From the NCBI GenBank assembly GCA_946629525.1, contig CAMOXU010000001.1, forward strand, positions 6,306 through 70,305: a stretch of 64,000 bases of DNA, written 5' to 3'. Below, piece by piece: positions 56,860-64,000 of the stretch; within the stretch, counting starts at the first letter, position 1; every line of letters starts with the position of its first letter. The notes beneath the pieces are model-generated. The model was not told the origin of the DNA, did not search any database, and saw nothing but the letters and a program-made list of their open reading frames with translations. Origin of the DNA: an uncultured Clostridia bacterium. GTDB lineage: Bacteria; Bacillota; Clostridia; Lachnospirales; Lachnospiraceae. The position numbers and the translations under genes were made by a program.

Positions 56860-59412
56860 TCAATCAGGGATTGCCGAAGGACTCTGCATAAGCTCCTCCG
56901 CATACCGTTTTCCCCACACGTAATCGTACTGAAGCAGGCGGAAGGTCTCATAGACCTGTCTCTGCCCCTCGCTCATTGCCGAAAGCTCCGTAAAACTGCC
57001 GTCATTCCCGGCAAGCACCTGACTGTCCGACGCGCCGTAGGTATCTGTCATAGAAGCCACATACTGCCTGTAGGGAGCCATGGAAAGCCCGTAATTGCGG
57101 AGCACAACCGGGAATAGCTCACCGATCCCCATGATTCCCATATCCCCTGTCATCTTTCCGGTGCTGCTCCATACAAGGAACGGCACCTTATGGATCTCAA
57201 AGTCATAACGCAGCGGATCCGCGTGCCAGGAAGTCTTCTCAAGCATCCGGTCATCCTTCGGTCCCGCGTTGCTCACATGGTCTCCGAAGAAAATGACGAC
57301 CACTTCCTCATCGACTGTCCTGAAGTAGTCGACCAAATCGCCGAGCGCCCTGTCCGACTCATGAAGTCCTGCCGTGAAATCATCGATCGATCCCCGCGCG
57401 ACCTCCCCGTATACGTCTGACTGCCAGCCGACCCTTCCGGGCTCATACATCGAACTCTCCCAGTACCCGCCGTGGTTCTGCATGGTGACGGCAAAGATGA
57501 ACTGGCCTTTGCCGTCCGCTTTTCCCTCTTCATACTGTGAAATGATCTTTTGAAAAAGCTCCGCATCCGATACGTAGCCGCGGACAGGATCCGCCTTCGA
57601 AAAAGCATCCTCAAAATACAGTTCGTCGAAACCGAACCTGCGGTATGCATTTTCCCGATTATAATTGGAAGCGGTAAAGGGATGCATCGCGGTCGTCCCG
57701 TAGCCCTGCGCTTCCAGATCGCTGACGACCGTGGAGAAGCCGTCATCGATAAAGCTGCCGTAGACCATGTAATCCTCAGGAAAGAATTCTCCGCTGAATC
57801 CGGTCAGGAACTCGAACTCGCTGACGACCGTGCCCCCGTTGAAAACATGGGTGAAGAGCTCACCGTGGGCTGACTCCCCGCAGAGCGACCTGTAACAGGG
57901 AAGGACATCTGATTCGAAAGAAATCGTATCCATGCGGGTGATATCCCAAAAAGATTCACTCATCACCGCGATAATCACCGGAAGAGGTCTCTCTGTGCCG
58001 GATTTCTCTGAATCACTTTTCTCTGAATCACTTTTCTCTGTATCAGATCCCTCTGTCCCGGATTTCTCCGTGCCGTCAGTCAATACGTCTGAGCGGCTGC
58101 TTTCCGCGATCTTTTCATTTACCAGAGCGGATATTTCCTCCATCTTCTCCCGGCTGTACCCCTCCGGCTCGGCAGCCTGATCGAAATAATAACAGTATTC
58201 CAGGAAAGCCGACAAAAATCCTCTCTGCCGATAATAGTCGTTGACGCGGTAGACCCTGTACTCCGAGTCATTCGCCTCCACCTTGCTGTCGATAAAGCTG
58301 GTCCGGACAAATAAAAATGTAAGCGCCGCAGCGCAAAGGGAAAGTCCGATCCGGATGATCAGCCTTTTCCGTGAGCTCTTCGAAATAAACGATCCTTTTT
58401 TCCGGACAAGTACAAGGAGGACTCCGGCAAGAAGGAACTCCGCCGTTACGAGCACAGCCATCGCAGGTATGGAAATCTCATATTTTTCCGCGACGCCCGC
58501 CGCCTCGAACGCCATCGTGTAATCCCATGGCAGGAGCGGCATTCCGCGATTCAGAAGCTTCACATTGCTAATAATGCAGCAAAGATCCGCAAGAAGCGCG
58601 GTGAGGAAGAAGCCGGGCCATATTCTGTTGAAAAGAAGGGAAAGGGTGATCTGCGAAAGAAAGACAAAGACTGCCCCGCGGAGAAAGCTCTGGGGCTCGG
58701 CCTTCAGATATGAAAGAAATACCGCGCCGTCGTCATACTGGATCAGGCTGACTCCGACGACGATCAGAACACTCAAAATGGCGCATAATACGATCCACGC
58801 ACATGCGCTGTAAACCTTCTCCGGGATTTCCCGCCGTCTTCCCCACAGAATACAGAGAAATGAGATCAGTACGAACGTGAGGACCTGCAGCCACAAGTGC
58901 CTCTCCGGGAAGACAAATACGCTCGTATCATACTGAAACCAGACGGTATCCCAGTCGATGTTCTGATAAAGATCCACACGTTCTGCCGGTTCTCCGTCGA
59001 TCCGGATTTCGGCAATTCCAGATCCCACCTCAGAGACCATTCCCACCTTCAGGGAATGCACCTCCCGAAGAGGTACGGTGAGCGTCTGCGGGGCGTCAAA
59101 ATCATATACACGAAGGTAGTCATTCGCGGAGTCATAGGTCCAGAGGCTGCCCTCTTCGATCTTCACCTGCGCGAGATTAATGTCCCGCCCGTTGACGGCG
59201 ATATGGTTGATACGCACATAATTGCTCATTGACGCATCCTGTTTTTCGCCTGTCGCGACGATCGTAAGGGTGAGGTCCCGGTTCAGGGACTTCAGATAAA
59301 AAGGTCTGAGGATCGTGAGGCCGGAAACAAGGATACAATAAATCCCGATTACCAAAGCAAGATTCTTCAGAAAGCTCTGTCTCATTCTTTCCCTGTCCGT
59401 CCGTTCCTTCAA
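56860..59412 (-). CDS. LTA synthase family (sulfatase-fold) membrane phosphoglycerol/phospho-transferase with an extra N-terminal extracellular domain
   Basis: Multiple TMs, K...RGMPLLPWD, VMSESFWD, GGT..SEFEFLTG (catalytic Thr), TMQNHGGY, FFGDH. Confidence 0.9.
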   Translation of the reverse strand: MKERTDRERMRQSFLKNLALVIGIYCILVSGLTILRPFYLKSLNRDLTLTIVATGEKQDASMSNYVRINHIAVNGRDINLAQVKIEEGSLWTYDSANDYLRVYDFDAPQTLTVPLREVHSLKVGMVSEVGSGIAEIRIDGEPAERVDLYQNIDWDTVWFQYDTSVFVFPERHLWLQVLTFVLISFLCILWGRRREIPEKVYSACAWIVLCAILSVLIVVGVSLIQYDDGAVFLSYLKAEPQSFLRGAVFVFLSQITLSLLFNRIWPGFFLTALLADLCCIISNVKLLNRGMPLLPWDYTMAFEAAGVAEKYEISIPAMAVLVTAEFLLAGVLLVLVRKKGSFISKSSRKRLIIRIGLSLCAAALTFLFVRTSFIDSKVEANDSEYRVYRVNDYYRQRGFLSAFLEYCYYFDQAAEPEGYSREKMEEISALVNEKIAESSRSDVLTDGTEKSGTEGSDTEKSDSEKSDSEKSGTERPLPVIIAVMSESFWDITRMDTISFESDVLPCYRSLCGESAHGELFTHVFNGGTVVSEFEFLTGFSGEFFPEDYMVYGSFIDDGFSTVVSDLEAQGYGTTAMHPFTASNYNRENAYRRFGFDELYFEDAFSKADPVRGYVSDAELFQKIISQYEEGKADGKGQFIFAVTMQNHGGYWESSMYEPGRVGWQSDVYGEVARGSIDDFTAGLHESDRALGDLVDYFRTVDEEVVVIFFGDHVSNAGPKDDRMLEKTSWHADPLRYDFEIHKVPFLVWSSTGKMTGDMGIMGIGELFPVVLRNYGLSMAPYRQYVASMTDTYGASDSQVLAGNDGSFTELSAMSEGQRQVYETFRLLQYDYVWGKRYAEELMQSPSAIPD
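57990..58075. repeat. In-frame 15-bp tandem repeat (TEKSG/SEKSD) in the LTA synthase linker
   Basis: Protein TEKSGTEGSDTEKSDSEKSDSEKSGTER; tttctctgaatcact units. Confidence 0.85.
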
Positions 59413-59429
59413 ATCGCCCTTCCTCTGCC

Positions 59430-60569
59430 TTAAATGTCCGAAAGGATGCTGCTGTCAGCGAACTCCCGCACTTCCTTTTCGTCAAGCATCATATAGAACC
59501 GCCCTGCGATCCTCTTTGTCCCAAAATCTCCGGCCTTCTCACTGCGCGCCGGCGCGCTCGGGGAGACATACAGATCCACGGTCTCCGTATCGTCCGCAGT
59601 CCGGCACTCCGCCGGATCGTTCTTATCAGCAGAAGGGACGAGCCCTCCTTCCTCCGGATCGATACGGACATGCTGCACATCGTCGGGTAGCGCATTTACA
59701 GGATTCGTATCACCGGTCCTGTCGATGTCTTTGCTGTCAGATGTTCCGGATGAGACAGTCTTCTCCATTGCCATCCTCTCCGACTCCGTCCGCTCCCTGT
59801 AGGGAACGATCGCAGCAGCGGAGAGATTATCCTTTTCCCCTCTTGTCTTGTCAAGTTCGATCAGATACTGAAGATGCAGGGAAAGGTCCTCATCCCCGGA
59901 AAACTGCCGGCCGCTCAGATAACGGATCAGCTCTTCGTCCGCAAGGTTGTGCCAGAAGCCGTCCGAGCAGAGAAGAAATGTATCTTTCCCGCGATATTTT
60001 CCTGTGTAGAACAGGGGATGTATGTCCGGAGTCACCCCGATGCACTCCAGCAGCATATTTCTTCGCCGGTCCGTCTTCGCCTGCTCGGGAGTGATCTCTC
60101 CCCGCCGCACAGCCTCCGCCACGACGCTCTGATCCCTCGTCAGCCGGAACACTCTGTCGGGTGTGATGACATAGGCTCTGCTGTCCCCGACATGCGCCAT
60201 GAAGTACTCGTCCTCCACAAGGAGAACAGCCGTCAGCGTACTTCCCAGAGAGATCCCGTGCTCCGTACCGTATCTCACGAGCTTTTCATTGCAGTCGTAA
60301 ATGATTTTTCCCCACTGTCGAAACAGCTCCTCATGTGAAAAATTCTGATCATAGATGGAATAAGGGTACTCGCATTTGAACCATTTCTCGAATGCCTCGA
60401 TCAACATCCTGCTCGCCAGCTCACCGTTCTCATATCCGCCCATCCCGTCACAGACCAGCGCAAAGAGGACCTCTCCGCGGTCCGTCGACGCCTTGAAGAG
60501 CCCGATACTGTCCTGATTGCTCTTGCGATGCGTACCGATATCCGTAAAGAGCGCCTGATAAAAATTCAT
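59430..60569 (-). CDS. PP2C-family Ser/Thr protein phosphatase with acidic C-terminal tail
   Basis: TDIG..RKSNQDS, VCDGMGG, HVGDSRAY, LTRDQS, LLCSDGF, DNLS. Confidence 0.95.
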   Translation of the reverse strand: MNFYQALFTDIGTHRKSNQDSIGLFKASTDRGEVLFALVCDGMGGYENGELASRMLIEAFEKWFKCEYPYSIYDQNFSHEELFRQWGKIIYDCNEKLVRYGTEHGISLGSTLTAVLLVEDEYFMAHVGDSRAYVITPDRVFRLTRDQSVVAEAVRRGEITPEQAKTDRRRNMLLECIGVTPDIHPLFYTGKYRGKDTFLLCSDGFWHNLADEELIRYLSGRQFSGDEDLSLHLQYLIELDKTRGEKDNLSAAAIVPYRERTESERMAMEKTVSSGTSDSKDIDRTGDTNPVNALPDDVQHVRIDPEEGGLVPSADKNDPAECRTADDTETVDLYVSPSAPARSEKAGDFGTKRIAGRFYMMLDEKEVREFADSSILSDI

Positions 60570-60570
60570 A

Positions 60571-61869
60571 TTATCCCTCTCCATTCAAAAGCCGTTCGTC
60601 AACAGGCACAAAGACCATCCGGTGGGATCCGACAAGAAGTCTCATATATGCTCCGAGCCTTCCGCAGCTCCTTCTCGGCTCTCCGTTCACCTCGAAGGGT
60701 ACACCGGGCTCCGGAAGGATAGAAATCGCCTTATACTGCTCGATGGTCGCAAGGAGGGTCATATTCTCCATCTGTCCTGACAGCACGAGGCACATTCCGT
60801 CATAGTCGTAGATGAACATCGATTTTTTACACAGCTCGACGCTGTGATCCTGCTGCGGGCCATTCTGCAGGATGAACCAGCCGCGGACCGGGCCTTCATT
60901 CTTCAGAAGGGGTTCGTCCCAGCCATCCTCCTCATAGAATTCCTCCCCGTATCCGGCGTCCCCTTCGGGTATCTCCCCGAATGATCCGGCCTGCGAAATT
61001 CCTTCTTCGGCAGGCGCCTCTGCCTCCTTCGAAGCCGGTGCTTCCTCCGCCTTTTCAGCTTCTTTCTGGCTTTTCGAAGTTCCTGCGCCGACCTCCTCCG
61101 TACGTCCGACGGATGTGTCGAGATTTCTGGGATCCGGAACACCATCCTTCGTGAAAAATGGAATCTTTATCCCCGGAATATCCTCCTCATCAGAGGGGTC
61201 AGGCTCTATCTCGTCTTCCGGGAAATCGGCATCCCCGCTGTCCGCTGCTGTCCCGTAATCCGCAATTCCGTCTGCCGATCCTGGAAATGCGCTGTCCTCC
61301 GGAATCCCCGCACTCATATTATTGTCTGAGGAACCGGTTCCGGAGAGATCTTTCTCTATTGCGGAGTCCGTTCCGGGAAATCCCTCAAATGCCGCGAACG
61401 GCTCCGGGCCTGTTCCCGCGATGCTTTTTTCCGGCTCAAAGGTTCCTGCGCCTCTCTCAGAGGTCTTGTCATACGGTTCAGAAGTTCCTGCGCCTCTCTC
61501 AGAGGTCTTGTCATACGGTTCAGAAGTTCCTCCGCTTCTCTCAGAGGTCCTGTCGAACGGCTCAAAAGAACCTGTTCCGACGACCGTGGCCGCATACGGA
61601 TCATCGGTTCCGAAATCCGGCCCGGAAAAGTCCACCGGCTCCGCCGCAGGCCCGAATCCCGGAGGGGCAGAAAAGTCCCCTGAAAAAGAATCCGGTCCGA
61701 TCGTTTCGTCCATACCCACAGGATGCATGATCGCCGGATCGACTCCGGCAGTCGACGAGACGAGCTCCTTCTGCTCCGCCGCGATCTTACTGCAGTAAGG
61801 GCAGGCATCATAAAGTGAAGCGTCATAAATATGATTATTGCTGCAAAAAACGATCCTGGGTCCGCTCAT
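60571..61869 (-). CDS. Zn-ribbon + acidic repeat linker + degenerate FHA-like domain protein
   Basis: N-terminal CSNNHIYDASLYDACPYC; C-terminal PVRGWFILQNGP...VNG...L..Y..L.VG...MVFVP follows the clostridial FHA-protein pattern but lacks GR and SxxH. Confidence 0.7.
   Translation of the reverse strand: MSGPRIVFCSNNHIYDASLYDACPYCSKIAAEQKELVSSTAGVDPAIMHPVGMDETIGPDSFSGDFSAPPGFGPAAEPVDFSGPDFGTDDPYAATVVGTGSFEPFDRTSERSGGTSEPYDKTSERGAGTSEPYDKTSERGAGTFEPEKSIAGTGPEPFAAFEGFPGTDSAIEKDLSGTGSSDNNMSAGIPEDSAFPGSADGIADYGTAADSGDADFPEDEIEPDPSDEEDIPGIKIPFFTKDGVPDPRNLDTSVGRTEEVGAGTSKSQKEAEKAEEAPASKEAEAPAEEGISQAGSFGEIPEGDAGYGEEFYEEDGWDEPLLKNEGPVRGWFILQNGPQQDHSVELCKKSMFIYDYDGMCLVLSGQMENMTLLATIEQYKAISILPEPGVPFEVNGEPRRSCGRLGAYMRLLVGSHRMVFVPVDERLLNGEG
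61441..61566. repeat. In-frame 42-bp tandem repeat x3 (SEPYDKTSERGAGT)
   Basis: (a/g)gttcctgcgcctctctcagaggtcttgtcatacggttcaga-like units start at 61441, 61483 and 61525. Confidence 0.93.
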
Positions 61870-61981
61870 CACTTCCTCCTTGGGTTATAATCTGGAACGC
61901 CGGGGCGTATCGCCGCACCTCACAGGATACGCAGCTCCTTCCAATAGACGCGGCCGCGTTCCGCCTCCGGCTTTGATCTCA

Positions 61982-64000
61982 TCATTGCGACTCTTTGTGC
62001 GGCTTCACCAGGAGCCACGACTCAAGCCTCGAATCCTTCACTTCACTGTAATTTCTCACGAGCAGCGGGTTCCCGTCCGCAGATCCGTCCTCCTTCAGAT
62101 CAAATCCGATCACATCCTCATTATAGGCCTGCAGCAGGTACCTGTTATAACTCACATATACAATCCTGAACAGCTGGTTCGTGCTGTCACTCGCTTTCCT
62201 GACAAAGAGCTGCTTTGAATCCGGATCAAATTCCAGACACATATCTGCTCCCTGCTTATCACAGTAGATCCTGTAGCGCGTCTCGCTTCCTGTCGCCTCG
62301 AATCTGAAGAGGAAGGGCTGATCTCCTTCCGTCAGCCATTCCGACTTATATACGACGACCGTCGGCTCCTTATAATACTGCGGATCGTCATTGACGCAGG
62401 CTGAGGTCATTCCGTCGAGAGAAGACGCGATGTTGAACGTTCCCTCGACATCTCCGACCAGATCGCCCTCATGATATACGATGACATCCTTCTCGGAATC
62501 ATCCTTCTTATTCCACATCATATACCACTGCTGCGACTCATCTGTCTCATCGTATTCCGCAAGGACCGCCTCGACTCCCTCCTCCGGATTTCCGTCCTTC
62601 GGGGCCAGGACCAGTCCCGAAGCCGATTTCAGGATCACCTTGTCCTTATCTTTCTCCTCGTCGTGCCCGCAGAAAATGAAAGACCACTGCTCCGTCCCCA
62701 GCCCGTTTCCCTTCGAGTACTGGCGGATCGTCTCGCCGGCTTTCTCAGCCTCCGTCTCGATCAGACTGTTCGTATGTGCAGCCCGCAGCTTATAGATCTC
62801 GCCGTTCTTATCGGTCACAAAGAAGCGGTTCTTGTTGGCCTCCTCATATTTCTTCAGCTTCACGGCAGTCCCGTCGTCTCCGAAGCCGCTGTCGATCCCG
62901 ATGATCAGATCATAATTCTTCGCATTGCGGAAAATGTACGTCCCCGGCTCGACATCCATCGCATCCCCGACTTCGTAAGCGACTTCCTCCACAACGGAAG
63001 CTGTGCTTTCCGCTTTTGAATCCGTCGTGACAGGAGCCGGCTTCCCGCGTCCGAACGCGAGAAATGCGATCGCCGCGCCGACCACCACTGCTGCGGCTGC
63101 GACGGCCGGAATGAGGATACTCTTCCCCTTCTTCACATTCATGGCATTCCAGAAGTCATCGACTGTCTGGAAGCGGTCGCGGGGATTCTGTTCCATGGCC
63201 TTTAAGAGGGCGTTCTCCTGGGCTTTTGACATTTTCACGCCGTAGGCCGTCGGCTTCATGAGGATAGCTCCGCCCTGCCTTGCGAGCGCGTCCACCGGTC
63301 TCTCCCCGGTAAGACAGTAATACATCGTCGCCGCAAGCGCGTAGACATCCGTCCACGGACCGATCACCCCGTTGATATCCCGCTGCTCGATCGGGGCGTA
63401 GCCCTTTTTAAAGGAGATCTGACCGGTCTCCCCGTTCGAGCCCATTTTCTTCGCGCCGCCGAAATCCATGAGCTTCGCCCTTCCGTCCACGAGGACCATG
63501 ATATTGTCAGGGCTCACGTCCATATGGACCACGCCGAACTGGTGGACCTTGGTCAGCGCATGGCGGACCGGATCGAACAGCTTCAGGGTCTCGTCCATGG
63601 TCATTCTTCCCCGGGAGATCCGCGACTTCAGCGTTTCTCCGTTCAGATATTCCATGACGATATAAGCAGTATTCTTCTCCTCGAAGAAGTCCTTGACGTT
63701 GACGATCCCCTCATTGTCCTTCTCGTTGAACATGGCGAGAATGCGGGCCTCGTTCAGAAAGAGCCTCTTGTTCTCTTCAAAAAGCCCCTGATCCTCCGGA
63801 CGCACACTGACATTCGACCTGGCGTCGCGATAACAGATATTCCGGATAAAAAGCTCCTTCACCGCGACGACGACCTGAAGCGTAGCGTCAAGAGCTATAT
63901 AAGTCCTTCCGAAGCCGCCTGCACCGAGCGCACGGCCGATAATATACTTTCCGTTGAGCGGCGTCATCGGCACAAGCTCGTTCTCCGAGACAATATATTC
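61982..64000 (-). CDS. Hanks-type Ser/Thr kinase, single TM, two extracellular ricin-B lectin-like domains (N-terminus outside the window)
   Basis: LGAGGFGRTY, VAVKE, HMDVSPDN, DFG, GYAPIEQ, DVYALA; TM ILIPAVAAAAVVVGAAIAFLAFG; QW-type repeats (EQWSF, QQWYM, NQLF, ESW); frame is open to the window edge. Confidence 0.92.
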   Translation of the reverse strand, partial: EYIVSENELVPMTPLNGKYIIGRALGAGGFGRTYIALDATLQVVVAVKELFIRNICYRDARSNVSVRPEDQGLFEENKRLFLNEARILAMFNEKDNEGIVNVKDFFEEKNTAYIVMEYLNGETLKSRISRGRMTMDETLKLFDPVRHALTKVHQFGVVHMDVSPDNIMVLVDGRAKLMDFGGAKKMGSNGETGQISFKKGYAPIEQRDINGVIGPWTDVYALAATMYYCLTGERPVDALARQGGAILMKPTAYGVKMSKAQENALLKAMEQNPRDRFQTVDDFWNAMNVKKGKSILIPAVAAAAVVVGAAIAFLAFGRGKPAPVTTDSKAESTASVVEEVAYEVGDAMDVEPGTYIFRNAKNYDLIIGIDSGFGDDGTAVKLKKYEEANKNRFFVTDKNGEIYKLRAAHTNSLIETEAEKAGETIRQYSKGNGLGTEQWSFIFCGHDEEKDKDKVILKSASGLVLAPKDGNPEEGVEAVLAEYDETDESQQWYMMWNKKDDSEKDVIVYHEGDLVGDVEGTFNIASSLDGMTSACVNDDPQYYKEPTVVVYKSEWLTEGDQPFLFRFEATGSETRYRIYCDKQGADMCLEFDPDSKQLFVRKASDSTNQLFRIVYVSYNRYLLQAYNEDVIGFDLKEDGSADGNPLLVRNYSEVKDSRLESWLLVKPHKESQ

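Overview
A 64-kb chromosomal segment from a moderately GC-rich Clostridia bacterium; gene content and order look Lachnospiraceae-like. Almost all genes are on the minus strand. Positions 1-46 kb are mostly housekeeping: coaE(partial)-polA, tRNA-Leu(CAA), lysA, pyk, an ABC-F ATPase, icd with Re-citrate synthase, cinA-pgsA-rimO-rpoZ-gmk-yicC, rqcH, leuS, the pgeF-yraN-rnhB-rbgA-lepB-rplS-trmD-rimM-khpA-rpsP-ffh-ylxM cluster, a MacAB-like ABC exporter with two adaptor proteins, aroC, pgl, trpS, a GT-C glycosyltransferase, DUF1015 and serC. The most unusual content lies from 46 kb to the end. First, a self-contained, highly structured ~260-nt putative RNA gene sits divergent from an AAA_28/Ttd14-like kinase fused to an apparently inactivated CYTH domain. 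Second, a co-oriented locus couples a phospho-signalling module (non-RD Ser/Thr kinase with extracellular ricin-B lectin domains, Zn-ribbon/pseudo-FHA protein, PP2C) to glycopolymer genes (LTA-synthase-like, GT4, GT2 fused to a PRTase-like domain, HAD-PRTase ribofuranosyltransferase-like, LCP ligase). Intergenic DNA carries at least four families of dispersed palindromic repeats and several 32-38-bp tandem arrays near gene ends. I saw no CRISPR array, prophage or transposase. All calls come from manual motif recognition; no database searches or folding programs were run.
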